IMG/VR virus record: IMGVR_UViG_3300017963_007659
Coordinates: 1 to 64,000 of that record
Strand: one strand, 5' to 3'
Source: a virus
Length of the DNA: 64,000 nucleotides
Under the pieces are notes generated by a model. That model was not told the DNA's origin, made no database searches, and saw only the letters and a list, made by a program, of their open reading frames with translations. This document shows positions 37,110-47,010 of this stretch, piece after piece (position 1 is the first letter of the stretch; the number at the start of each line of letters is the position of its first letter). A program made the position numbers and the translations under genes.

Positions 37110-37772
37110 ATGAGTTCCGTAGCATTTTTCGTCAAAAAAGGGGTGGTGGTCCGAAAGTCTACTACCGACTTTACTCCAAAAGAGGGAGAAAAGCTAGTAG
37201 TTCTGGATGAGGAAACGGCAAAAGGGATGACGGTCACCCCATGGATCCCAGGGTCTTCTCTCTATGACAAGCCAGAGGACTTTCCCTTCTGCAAGATCTC
37301 TGCGGATGATATCCAAACGGAGTACACGCCTCCGACAGTGGACAGGCAGGCGAAGAAAGTAGAAGCGCTTCTTAGCTCCATTCTTGTAGTCTTGGGGAAG
37401 TCTCTTCCAACGGAGCTTCAAGAATCCCTTAGCCTCCTCCAGTCCCAACTCGCTGTCCATGCGGAGATGGAAGAGTATTGGGGACGTGTGGTCTATACAG
37501 AGGGAGCAGCTACTCTCACGGACGGTGACGGAATTACCGTAGAGGTCGTTCAAGACGGTGAGCTGAAAGTGACCTTCGAGAGTGCTTTCGCTGAGACCGC
37601 TTCCTTTGGGGTCTGGGTCACCTTCGAGACCGATGGCGTGCGCTATGTCACGTCACACAGTGTAGGTGGAACAGACTGTACGATCTCCCTTAAAGCCATC
37701 TCAGATGGGGCTGCTGTCACTGAAGCCACCTTCTCCGTTCTCGCCAAGGGTCGTCTCGGCTCCGCAGAATAA
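37110..37772 (+). CDS. hypothetical structural-cluster protein
   Basis: Start MSSVAFF at 37110 behind GGAGG. Confidence 0.6.
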   Translation: MSSVAFFVKKGVVVRKSTTDFTPKEGEKLVVLDEETAKGMTVTPWIPGSSLYDKPEDFPFCKISADDIQTEYTPPTVDRQAKKVEALLSSILVVLGKSLPTELQESLSLLQSQLAVHAEMEEYWGRVVYTEGAATLTDGDGITVEVVQDGELKVTFESAFAETASFGVWVTFETDGVRYVTSHSVGGTDCTISLKAISDGAAVTEATFSVLAKGRLGSAE

Positions 37773-37846
37773 CGCACTTTTTCTTCAAGAATGACCGTAT
37801 CTGTCACTGGAAGATAAAAATTCCAGTCAAAGGTATGTAGGGAGAT

Positions 37847-39236
37847 ATGACGATGGAGAAAACTATCTACAGCCTGATTTCAACCATTCTTGTAGGATTA
37901 CTTGTAGTTGCTGGCTGCGGAGCTGAACCACGCTCCCAGGACGACCCCTTCGATGCCGATGTGGAAGAAGACGGAGATGTGGAGTCTGACGCCTCAGATG
38001 GAGATGCGGACGGAGACTCTGACGGCGATGCGGACGGCGAAGGAGGCCCAGACTACGAGGGGGATGAACCTGGAGAGTGTGACGACGGAGCTGACAACGA
38101 CCGTGACGGTCTCTTCGATTGTGATGACGATGGCTGTGCTGGTAGCCCCGTCTGCGATCAAACAGATGGAGATGCGGATGCTGACTCTGATGGCGACAGC
38201 GATGGCGATGGCGACGGGGATTCAGATAGTGACTCCGACGCTGATGAAGATGAGGACGTTGACGAGGAGGAGGAAGACGCAGACATCGACGAAGATGTAG
38301 GAGGACGAAGAGGAGGAGCCGTGCGGAGGCTGTTCCACAGGCTTCACCTGCTGCGATGATCGCTGTGTAGCTCTAGATGTCGATGAGATGAACTGCGGAG
38401 GTTGTGGCCTCCAGTGTGGCTCCGGAACGGACTGTGTCTCAGGGGAGTGTCTCTGTAGCTGGACTCTTCATGGAACGGACCTCTCCATCGTCTGTGACCC
38501 CGGAGCCGGTTGCTGCGTCAGCGATACCACGGGCATGGGGGAATGTGTGAACCTACGAATCGGAGCCCTCGACGACGACAATTGGGAAGAGACTACCCAC
38601 TGTGGTACCTGCAACAATAGCTGTAATGGCTGGTCCTGTCGGGAAGGGGAATGCTGCTTCGAGTATGACCCCGCGACTTGGGAGACCTGGGATGAGTGTC
38701 CTACCCCTGAGCACATGTTGACTCCAGACTGTGGTGGCGACTGTGGTCCAGACGGTACCTGCTGCGGAGACCGCTGCGTGGATACGGAACAGGACGAGAT
38801 GAACTGTGGTGGTTGCGGTCGAGAGTGCGGGGATGGAGCTACCTGTGTTGAAGGCGTGTGCCGCTGTCTACAATCGAGCGGCTATGAGGAAGGTGTCGAC
38901 TGTCGGTCATGGGGAGCGTGCTGCCGAGAAGGCTGGATAGGGGAACCCCGCTGTGTGGATATCATCGATGGGGTGAGCAGCGGTGGTGGAGATGTCACAC
39001 ATTGTGGTGGATGCGGAACCGTCTGCTACTACATCGATGAACCCCCTTACGATAGCGCGCAAGAGTGCGTTGACGCAATGTGTTATGTTGAGACGGATGC
39101 TGGCTATTGTACTCGTGACACGGACTGTCCTGATCCTCCTGCCTGGTTGTTTGACACCTCGACTCCTACTGTAGAATGCAGAGCAACGCGCTGCGTCGTG
39201 ACCTATCCTCCCTACGGTGCTCCTTTCGGCGGCTGA
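37847..39236 (+). pseudogene. Cys-rich lipoprotein (MopE-like and Stig1-like repeats) split by a single-base frameshift at about 38300
   Basis: Lipobox LVVAGC; ...DEDV then one extra G, after which the other frame reads EDEEEEPCGGCSTGFTCCDDRCVALDVDEMNCGGCG into ORF 38388..39236. Confidence 0.75.
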
Positions 39237-39267
39237 CCTCTTTGAACTGAAGCAGTCAAAGAGTGGT

Positions 39268-39528
39268 ATGCACATCAGTAGAGCGCATCCATCTTTCGGT
39301 CTATATGTTCACGCGGTGCAGGAGGGACAACGCATTCCCTGTCTCCATACCGTCAGCACTGATAACAAACAGTATCTGACAAACGACCTGATTGGTGGTG
39401 TCTACGACTACCTCTACGTCAAACTGTCGGATCTCCCCCGCATGCCTCTTCAAACCCTCCGAGACTTCTACGATACCAAAGAGGAGCATGAGATCAGGAT
39501 TATTGAGAAGGATCCCTACCGTGAATGA
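39268..39528 (+). CDS. hypothetical protein
   Basis: Start MHISRAH at 39268 within track ORF 39217..39528. Confidence 0.5.
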   Translation: MHISRAHPSFGLYVHAVQEGQRIPCLHTVSTDNKQYLTNDLIGGVYDYLYVKLSDLPRMPLQTLRDFYDTKEEHEIRIIEKDPYRE

Positions 39529-39937
39529 GGGAGGATGCAAGCTCGCAGAATTTCAGGAGCTTCCTCTTCTGGACGCCCTCTTCCATGTTGGTGCGTTCTT
39601 TGAGACGCTCATAGCTTCAACACACAGTTTGGCCCAACGCCTCATCATAAAGAGCCCTTTGGGGTGCGCACTGAAGGTCTTCTGCCATGATGCGGAGAAC
39701 CGAGCGCTTCTTGTAGAAGCTGTGGAAAAGGCTCTTGAAGTTCCCATTCAGGAAGGCTGCGTACACAACAATGACCATGGCTTCTTCGGGATCATGGTGA
39801 TTCTTGAAGCCGAAGATCATCAGCAGACACTATGCCAGATTGCGGATATGATTGCTACAAGAATCCCTCTCGGGTGTATGGGGTGCTATCTTCGCGCGTT
39901 CGTTCGGAAGTACGCCGATCCTGACCTCCTCTGGTAG
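39521..39937 (+). CDS. hypothetical protein
   Basis: Probable GTG start at 39521 within track ORF 39392..39937. Confidence 0.5.
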   Translation: MNEGGCKLAEFQELPLLDALFHVGAFFETLIASTHSLAQRLIIKSPLGCALKVFCHDAENRALLVEAVEKALEVPIQEGCVHNNDHGFFGIMVILEAEDHQQTLCQIADMIATRIPLGCMGCYLRAFVRKYADPDLLW

Positions 39938-39956
39938 CCCAAAGGCCCCTCCATCA

Positions 39957-39964
39957 GGTTACCT
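39957..39964 (+). promoter_or_regulatory. candidate late promoter element GGTTACCT
   Basis: 10 bp upstream of ATG 39974. Confidence 0.5.
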
Positions 39965-39973
39965 TATGTAAGG

Positions 39974-41044
39974 ATGACGTACCATTTCCTTAAAAGACGA
40001 GTCCATTCAGCTTTTGAGATGCACACTATCCTCCGTGAGTGGATGATTGGACCTCTTGGCTGGACAGACATAGACAACGACCCTGGTGGTGGTTCCTTCG
40101 GCTTGGTCGCTTCAAGTACCGATGGTATCCTGACGACCAGCTTCCCTCGACGCATCTCTTCTGGGTCCAGCCTCTTCACCCCTGCGATGGTAGGGCAATG
40201 GCTCGTGACCTACGGCACAACTCTCGACCAGAACAAAGGCGTCTTCAAGATTGGGCGCTACATCGACCCTCAGAACATCGAATGTGTCGATGGGCTCTTC
40301 GGACCGAACTTCACCACAGAGTCTCCTGTGAACTGGAGAGTGGTCGATCCTACTCTGAACATCGGAAACTCCTGGTTCGTGGCTCAAGCCTACAACGGTT
40401 GGGAAGTCCGCGTCTATACAACAGGTGTAGCTACCGAGATTCATTATGAAACTGGACCTTTCGGTGGGTGGGACTCCGTGGGTGACGCTTGGACGCAACC
40501 TGTGACGAGCAGTGCCTACATCACAGAAGGAACAAACCAGAGTTGGACATGGTTCGGTCCTGATTCTCCAGGAAACACTCACATTGTAGGTGTGAGTGAT
40601 GACGACTACGACACTGTGCGCGAGATCGCCTACATAGGGGAAATCAATGCATTTTATCCTGCATCAGACCCCTCTCCTGTGATTTGTTTGGGAGGGGCTC
40701 CGGATTTGACTCCTGCTGGCTTCTTGGGAGGGGCACGTGGAGGTCAGATAGCTGCGGATGACGTCACACCTGTCGACGTTGTATCTCTAGAGTTCGGTGA
40801 CGGAGGGGTTGCCTTCGAGTTTTTCCAAGACTTGGAGCCGAACGCATGGGATGGCTTTTGGGATGAAGCTGATATTGAGGTGAGTGCGCTAGCAGGGGTC
40901 AACTCTGAGAACCGAGGCGTTCTATACGACGTTCGGTTGTGTAGTACCTTGCTAAGACGGAGGGAATCTCTCAATAATGGTCGGACACGCCTTTCGTTGG
41001 GAACGGGAGTCAGCGTGCTGTCGGATGGAGGTTCTCTCGGATAA
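39974..41044 (+). CDS. putative tail/structural protein, paralog of 41375
   Basis: Shared F...VG..L.......N.G.F.I....DP..I segment with 41375..42922. Confidence 0.5.
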   Translation: MTYHFLKRRVHSAFEMHTILREWMIGPLGWTDIDNDPGGGSFGLVASSTDGILTTSFPRRISSGSSLFTPAMVGQWLVTYGTTLDQNKGVFKIGRYIDPQNIECVDGLFGPNFTTESPVNWRVVDPTLNIGNSWFVAQAYNGWEVRVYTTGVATEIHYETGPFGGWDSVGDAWTQPVTSSAYITEGTNQSWTWFGPDSPGNTHIVGVSDDDYDTVREIAYIGEINAFYPASDPSPVICLGGAPDLTPAGFLGGARGGQIAADDVTPVDVVSLEFGDGGVAFEFFQDLEPNAWDGFWDEADIEVSALAGVNSENRGVLYDVRLCSTLLRRRESLNNGRTRLSLGTGVSVLSDGGSLG

Positions 41045-41059
41045 CCAGAGAGGACTGAT

Positions 41060-41365
41060 TTGATCCTACAGAAGACTGCCATACTCGGGGCATTGTTGGT
41101 TGCGGTTCGTAAAGGAAAGAAAGTACAGAATGTAACGAAGATCGATACCGACGCAAAGACGGTACGAGATGTTACAGGAAAAACATATCAGGTCGACTTC
41201 TTCGTTGCCCTCAAGCCTCCTGTCTTTCTACATAGCAAGCTGGAGGCTCTTGGTATCGAATGGACGGGAGATGTCGCTGCTTACATTAAAAGGAAGAAGC
41301 GACAGTTGAACCAAGAGAAACGCCGCTCGAAGCGGAAGATCAAAGACGAGCAAGCGGCTGCATAG
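41060..41365 (+). CDS. small basic hypothetical protein
   Basis: TTG start behind GAGGA. Confidence 0.55.
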   Translation: MILQKTAILGALLVAVRKGKKVQNVTKIDTDAKTVRDVTGKTYQVDFFVALKPPVFLHSKLEALGIEWTGDVAAYIKRKKRQLNQEKRRSKRKIKDEQAAA

Positions 41366-41374
41366 GATCAAACG

Positions 41375-42922
41375 ATGGCGAAACAATGGCTTAAGAACTG
41401 TCCTACAGCGAACCCGCAAGTGCAGGCATTTTCTGCCTTTTGGTTCCTACGGCACTGTCTTCGCTACGATGAGGTGCTGACCTCTGGAGCATGGCCTTCT
41501 GAAGATGCTGCGGACGCTGATGGGGTCGTTGTGACAGCAGCTCCGCAAGAGTTCACGACGACCAATGCACACTTCGCTGTTGGAGATGTAGGAAAGCTCC
41601 TCGCTGTCTACGACCCAGCGGAAGTACGCAACACAGGTATCTTCCCCATCGCTGCCTTTACCGACCCTTCAACCATCACTCTTGGCGGCGCGTGTGACTG
41701 GCAGTCAGACGCTGTAGACCTAGAATGGGTCATGTTCGACCCGGCTTTGGCTCCTGCTCTCGACGAATGGGCTGTAGTCACACCTTCTGTCTCTGGCTAT
41801 GACTTCGAGGTCTGGCTGTCTCCTCGCTCTGCTCCGCATGCTGGCTTGGCCTTCCAAGTTGGCCCAACAGGCGGTTGGGTCGATACCGTCACTGGTCCTA
41901 TACCTGGCGGCATACCTGATGGCGACATGGAATTGGGAGGGACGGCAAACTGGACCCCAGGGGGCGCTGCTGCTGTCGCAAAATCCGTGGTTCAAGTCCA
42001 ATCTGGTGTTCGGAGCCTCATGATTCAGTCTTTCGGTCTTGGCTCGGTCGATAGCGCTCCCTTCAATGGAACAATTGACGGTCAGAACTATGACGTCACG
42101 CTCTGGGTCTACAACGCCTCTGGTCAGCCGCTCAACGTCACCCTCTGGGATGGGGCTGGTTGGCAGGTCTATCCTCCTATGCCGGGTCCACCCGCTTGGA
42201 CTCCATACACGTTGAACTTCACGAAGTTGGCAGGCACTCCAGCCTACCTCCAGTTTGTGACAGCACCCTTTGTTCCGATCAACACCTTGTTCTTGGATAC
42301 CGTCGAATTGGTCTCAACCACACCCGCCCACTTCTCGGAACCAGCTACGAACTATGTCAACCTCGACCCAGCATCGACCACGCTGTTTGCGTGCGGAGAT
42401 GACGATCACTGCTTCTTCTGGGATGAAGGTGGAGCTTCAAGAGCCGGTGCCTACGTAGGAAACTTCGAGCCCCTTCACCCGCCTCCGTCTGTCACCTCTG
42501 AGGGGGACTCGCATCCAAGCTGTGTGCTGGGGGTAGACAATGCGGCTCCTGTACTCAACAGGGCCACCGCTCCCGTGACATCGTTTGCACAAGGAGGCTC
42601 AGCTCTTTTCTCCGACAACACTACTGTCGTCACCTGTTACTTGAATGAGTGGCAGACTTCAGACGCTACCGCGACAGATGTCTTCGGAGATGTGAACTAC
42701 TTGACGAACCCGAGAACAACAACAGGAACAGCTTGGGGGACCATGATCATCCATAGGGAAGACCTCACACTAGGACCACGGTCCAAGGCTGTTCGAGGTG
42801 CTCCGAAGAGCATCTATCTCGTGAATGACAACAACTTGAACCGTGCGCTTCTTGAAGGAGACACGGTCTATGTAATACAGAATGGAATGGCTGTCGCTTG
42901 GGACGGCAGTGTTCCTATCTAA
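41375..42922 (+). CDS. putative tail protein with carbohydrate-binding-module-like insert
   Basis: DGDMELGGTANW...SGVRSL...GQNYDVTLWV...WTPYTLNF...LFLDTVEL resembles CBM4/9-type sandwich. Confidence 0.5.
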   Translation: MAKQWLKNCPTANPQVQAFSAFWFLRHCLRYDEVLTSGAWPSEDAADADGVVVTAAPQEFTTTNAHFAVGDVGKLLAVYDPAEVRNTGIFPIAAFTDPSTITLGGACDWQSDAVDLEWVMFDPALAPALDEWAVVTPSVSGYDFEVWLSPRSAPHAGLAFQVGPTGGWVDTVTGPIPGGIPDGDMELGGTANWTPGGAAAVAKSVVQVQSGVRSLMIQSFGLGSVDSAPFNGTIDGQNYDVTLWVYNASGQPLNVTLWDGAGWQVYPPMPGPPAWTPYTLNFTKLAGTPAYLQFVTAPFVPINTLFLDTVELVSTTPAHFSEPATNYVNLDPASTTLFACGDDDHCFFWDEGGASRAGAYVGNFEPLHPPPSVTSEGDSHPSCVLGVDNAAPVLNRATAPVTSFAQGGSALFSDNTTVVTCYLNEWQTSDATATDVFGDVNYLTNPRTTTGTAWGTMIIHREDLTLGPRSKAVRGAPKSIYLVNDNNLNRALLEGDTVYVIQNGMAVAWDGSVPI

Positions 42923-42931
42923 GGACTACGG

Positions 42932-43450
42932 ATGGCGAGCATAACGCTGGTACCTGGAGTTGTCTTCGGCGCGCTTTCCCCAACGTCACCATCGACGTCC
43001 GGACCCGCTAGTGGTGCGCCCATTCTTTGTGGCGATACGCATGCCCTAGCTACCATCACAGGACGGACCCTGCTTGCTCGGAGCCTCGCTGAGGGGCTCG
43101 CCTTCAAGATTGTGACCTTCGCAGTTGGAACAGCGGGTTACGACCCCACAGACCTGACGAAGGCACTTCCTGTGGACAACACCTTGACTACTCTTCCGGG
43201 AGAGATCTTCTCGGATGCAGTGGATTTGGTAGAGACGCCAAACGATACTGGAAGGAGCTTCTACTGTAGATTGCAGCCATCCGAGGCAAACTATGGGCTG
43301 GGAGACATCGGGATTTGGGGACAGATCGTCCACTCTCCAGAGAACCCAGCGGAAGTAGGGACAACGTTCCTGTTCGCTATCGTCAATCAGCCCTTCCAAG
43401 GCAACAACGAGGACTACACCTACATTTACCGTGTAGTTGTGCAGTTTTAG
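42932..43450 (+). CDS. baseplate/tail-fibre attachment protein (gpH N-terminal-like)
   Basis: TITGRTLLARSL...FKIVTFAVGTAG...ANYGLGDIGIW pattern. Confidence 0.5.
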   Translation: MASITLVPGVVFGALSPTSPSTSGPASGAPILCGDTHALATITGRTLLARSLAEGLAFKIVTFAVGTAGYDPTDLTKALPVDNTLTTLPGEIFSDAVDLVETPNDTGRSFYCRLQPSEANYGLGDIGIWGQIVHSPENPAEVGTTFLFAIVNQPFQGNNEDYTYIYRVVVQF

Positions 43451-43458
43451 GAGCTATC

Positions 43459-43959
43459 GTGGCGATTCCAACCATCTCACTCTTCACCGGATGGCCAATC
43501 CTTGGAGCCGTGGGGTCTGGACTATCTGGACCCTCTTCGTCCAGCTACTACGACCTAACAGACGGTGGACGCGAGCTGATGGCTAGAGCGTTGGTGGAGG
43601 GGTTGGCTTTTCAGATTCTTGAAGTGGCTTATGGTGGAGGTGGATACAACTTGTCTGACCCTACGAAAGCTCTTCCAGTGATTACCTCTTCTACAGCTCT
43701 TGACGATGAGAAGCTACGGGAACCCGTGACCTTTGTCAATGTCATCCCAGGCGGTACCTCTGAATACTACTACAGACTCGACAGGGATGAATTGAACGGA
43801 GAGCGTATCGGTGAGGTCGGGCTGTATGCTCAAATCACACGCTCCCCCCTGTTCCCGGCTGAAGTAGGAACTTGGGTCCTTTATGCGCTTATTCATACAC
43901 CCCTTCAAGTAAAGGGGAGCAAGAGAGTGTTGACGGGAAGAATTTCCCTGTCCCTCTAA
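43459..43959 (+). CDS. baseplate/tail-fibre attachment protein (gpH N-terminal-like)
   Basis: GTG start at 43459; LTDGGRELMARAL...ILEVAYGGGG...IGEVGLY; paralog of 42932. Confidence 0.5.
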   Translation: MAIPTISLFTGWPILGAVGSGLSGPSSSSYYDLTDGGRELMARALVEGLAFQILEVAYGGGGYNLSDPTKALPVITSSTALDDEKLREPVTFVNVIPGGTSEYYYRLDRDELNGERIGEVGLYAQITRSPLFPAEVGTWVLYALIHTPLQVKGSKRVLTGRISLSL

Positions 43960-43977
43960 GACTAGGAAGAAGCACTC

Positions 43978-46900
43978 ATGGCAAGTAAACGAGCACTCTC
44001 CCTCCTGACTGGAGTGAATGAACAAATAACGGACTCCGATGTTCTCGTCACAGGGCGAGTACAGACCGTAGACGGCACAGAAGCTGACCCTGCTCTCAGA
44101 TTTCAGAGTGAAGCAACAGGACTTCTTCTCTCTGCGGCTGGAACCTTGGGATTTAGTGTGGCAGGAACACAGTATCTATCTCTGTCTTCGACAGAGCTTA
44201 CGCTGTCTGCTGGGAACCTGAAGCTTCCGGATACTCCAGGTGGAGGAGCGTCAGGAGTTCTAGAATTCAATAATGCTCCTACGATGCATGTATATGGAAC
44301 TACTTCTATATTCGTAGGTAGTAATGCCGGAAACTTCACGGCAGGTGCTGCCACAAATGTGGTGGTTGTTGGGGACGGAGCCCTAGCAGCACTAACAAAT
44401 GGCAACAATACAATCGCTATAGGAGCTGGGGCACTAGTAAATGCAACCAATGGAGCCCTCAATACAATTGCAATCGGTTCAAATGCCGGATCAGGAATAA
44501 CTTCAAGCTCTCAAACTAACATCGTCATCGGTCATGATGCCATGACCGCTGCGGCGAACTTGCAAGAAAATACAATTGTAGGCAATTCAGCCTATCAAGA
44601 TGGAACGAATGGTAGCAATGTTGTTGTAGGCTACAGGGCAGCCTACAACGCAACAAGCTCAAGTCAAAACGTTATAGCCGGAAGTGAGGCAGTAGAAACT
44701 GGAATTTTGACTGGAGATCGTAACGTAATCTTGGGATTTTCAGCCGCTAGAAATGCCACATCAGCAGGCGATAGTGTCTTTATTGGCAATGAATCTGGGG
44801 AAGGAACTACGACAGGACAGCGCTCTGTAGCCGTTGGGGGAGACTCCTTGATGGCAAACAATACAGGGGATGACAACATAGCTATTGGCTATCGTGCCAT
44901 GGCAGATGATGCTATTGTTGCTATTGGGGCGATGTCAAATAACGTTGCCATTGGCACGGAAGCCCTACGCTACATTGAGGCTGCTACAGCAGGAAACGTA
45001 GCTATCGGCTTCAATGCTCTTCGATTAGTCCAAGGGTCTGGAGCAACTACAAATAACGTAGCTATTGGCTATCAAGCAGGATCTACCGCAGATGGAGCTA
45101 ATAGCTGTGTCTACATCGGCTATCAATCTGGGCTAAACAATGCTACAAGTAACAGACTTATCATTGAAAATAGCAATGATATCACTACTCCTCTTATTGA
45201 TGGAGACTTTTCCGGGAAGGTACTAACTCTCAACGCCAAAGTTACTCCAGCAGACGATGCTGCGCGTTCTCCTCTCAATATTACAGAGAGAAGTGCTGCT
45301 CCCACCTCTCCAGCCACGCATGATGTATACATAGACGATGGAACAAATACAGGGACTGGATCACCAGGATTTAGGAGATATACCGGGGCTGGCTGGGAAG
45401 ACATGGGGTCTCTGGCGGCCAGTGGTGCTCTTCCTGGAATCGAACAGATCCTTTTCGTAAACAAAACTTCGGACGGATACACAGCGGACGGGACTATCGC
45501 CAAACCATACAAGACAATTGGAGCTGCGGTGACCGCTGCCACCGCTCTCACTCCAGCCATCGGCAACAGGATTGCAATCTTCATCTATCCAGGTATTTAT
45601 GACGAGACAGTGTCTACCGCTGATGCTTATGTAGAGTTCATTGGCTTAGACAAAGCCTCCACGATTGTTAATCCTACAACGGGACGAGCACTCAACGTTG
45701 GAGATAGCAACATACGCTTCACTAACTTGACCTTTGAAACGACAGACACCAACAGTGTTGTTTACTTTACGGCAGGGAGCCTCTCGGGTATTGAATTTGA
45801 CAATTGTCACTTCTTTGTGAATAATGCTGCTGGAGGAGCTTTCCAGGTCCCACAAAGCGATGTGAGCATAATCTTTAGAGACTGTCATCTACAGCACGTA
45901 GATACGACAGATGACATATACATCGATAATGCTCCAGCCTACGGCGGTAAGGTAGAGTTCTATACCTGCAAGATTGAGGGTCAGGTGCAGTCTTATGACA
46001 AAGACCTCTACATGTATGGATGTCATCTAGAGTGTCTAGCCTCAAGAAACCTCTATGTGCTAGGCGATGCGAGTAAAATAATCCGTATCGTTGGCTGCAC
46101 AATCGAAACACTGGCAGCACATGGTACTCCTGTCTATATTGATACGGCTTGTGACTGGTCTCTGCTTGGCTGCTCTCTTAAGGCGGCGGGTACTGGAAAC
46201 GAGGTCCAAAGTGGAGGAGACTACCCAGGGACAGTGAAAAATTGTGCCATGGAAATTGGCATGGCATCCTCTGTTCGCCTTCTATCTCCAATCCGAAATA
46301 TTGGTGGTTCGGTAGACTTTTATGAGGACTTCCAACAAGCGATTGATTCCATCGATTCTGGAGACCAAGGAATTGTCGTACTACACGAGAATATAACAGC
46401 CACAGAACAAGCAGTAGACTCTGGAGCTACCGTTACCATTAAGGGAAATGGCTACACCCTTACGGCAAGCTCAACATACTGCTTCCGATCAACAGCTTCA
46501 AGCACCTTGATTGTAGACGACCTAAATCTCTCCGGAGGAGGAATAGCTCTCTCCACAACAAGTTCTACAATGAAGCTCAAGAATGTAAATATAGATCAAG
46601 GGAGAATCTCTATTCAAGCGGGTGCAGATGGGAACTCAAAGCTCATCATGGATAGAGTCATCTGTGACAACCCAGAGGCAACCTATCCAGCCCTTGAATT
46701 CGATGACGCAGATGCTTTCGTATATGTATTTGACAGCTATTTGCAGGGGGCCTCTGGTCAGCCTGCAATCCGTTATGATACTGATAACGATAACTTGTCT
46801 ATGGCGAATACCGCCGCGTTCCATGGTGATGGTGGGGCGAATAATCCAATCAGTAACCCAACAGCAGCTACGACCTACAAGAGTCATCACTGTACTTTCG

Positions 46901-47001
46901 GAGTAGCTCCTGAAGACAATGCGAACTTGAGTAATGATATTGATTCTGGACAGCGTTACAACACAATCGATCCGGATGCTGACTACAGTTGGGCATTGTA
47001 G
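43978..47001 (+). CDS. tail fibre/spike with GxxN.A.G beta-roll repeats and C-terminal beta-helix
   Basis: Many N.AIG..A / N..VG repeats (YadA-head-like); TADGTIAKPYKTIGAAV followed by pectin-lyase-like repeats. Confidence 0.7.
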   Translation: MASKRALSLLTGVNEQITDSDVLVTGRVQTVDGTEADPALRFQSEATGLLLSAAGTLGFSVAGTQYLSLSSTELTLSAGNLKLPDTPGGGASGVLEFNNAPTMHVYGTTSIFVGSNAGNFTAGAATNVVVVGDGALAALTNGNNTIAIGAGALVNATNGALNTIAIGSNAGSGITSSSQTNIVIGHDAMTAAANLQENTIVGNSAYQDGTNGSNVVVGYRAAYNATSSSQNVIAGSEAVETGILTGDRNVILGFSAARNATSAGDSVFIGNESGEGTTTGQRSVAVGGDSLMANNTGDDNIAIGYRAMADDAIVAIGAMSNNVAIGTEALRYIEAATAGNVAIGFNALRLVQGSGATTNNVAIGYQAGSTADGANSCVYIGYQSGLNNATSNRLIIENSNDITTPLIDGDFSGKVLTLNAKVTPADDAARSPLNITERSAAPTSPATHDVYIDDGTNTGTGSPGFRRYTGAGWEDMGSLAASGALPGIEQILFVNKTSDGYTADGTIAKPYKTIGAAVTAATALTPAIGNRIAIFIYPGIYDETVSTADAYVEFIGLDKASTIVNPTTGRALNVGDSNIRFTNLTFETTDTNSVVYFTAGSLSGIEFDNCHFFVNNAAGGAFQVPQSDVSIIFRDCHLQHVDTTDDIYIDNAPAYGGKVEFYTCKIEGQVQSYDKDLYMYGCHLECLASRNLYVLGDASKIIRIVGCTIETLAAHGTPVYIDTACDWSLLGCSLKAAGTGNEVQSGGDYPGTVKNCAMEIGMASSVRLLSPIRNIGGSVDFYEDFQQAIDSIDSGDQGIVVLHENITATEQAVDSGATVTIKGNGYTLTASSTYCFRSTASSTLIVDDLNLSGGGIALSTTSSTMKLKNVNIDQGRISIQAGADGNSKLIMDRVICDNPEATYPALEFDDADAFVYVFDSYLQGASGQPAIRYDTDNDNLSMANTAAFHGDGGANNPISNPTAATTYKSHHCTFGVAPEDNANLSNDIDSGQRYNTIDPDADYSWAL

Positions 47002-47010
47002 GAGTAAGAC

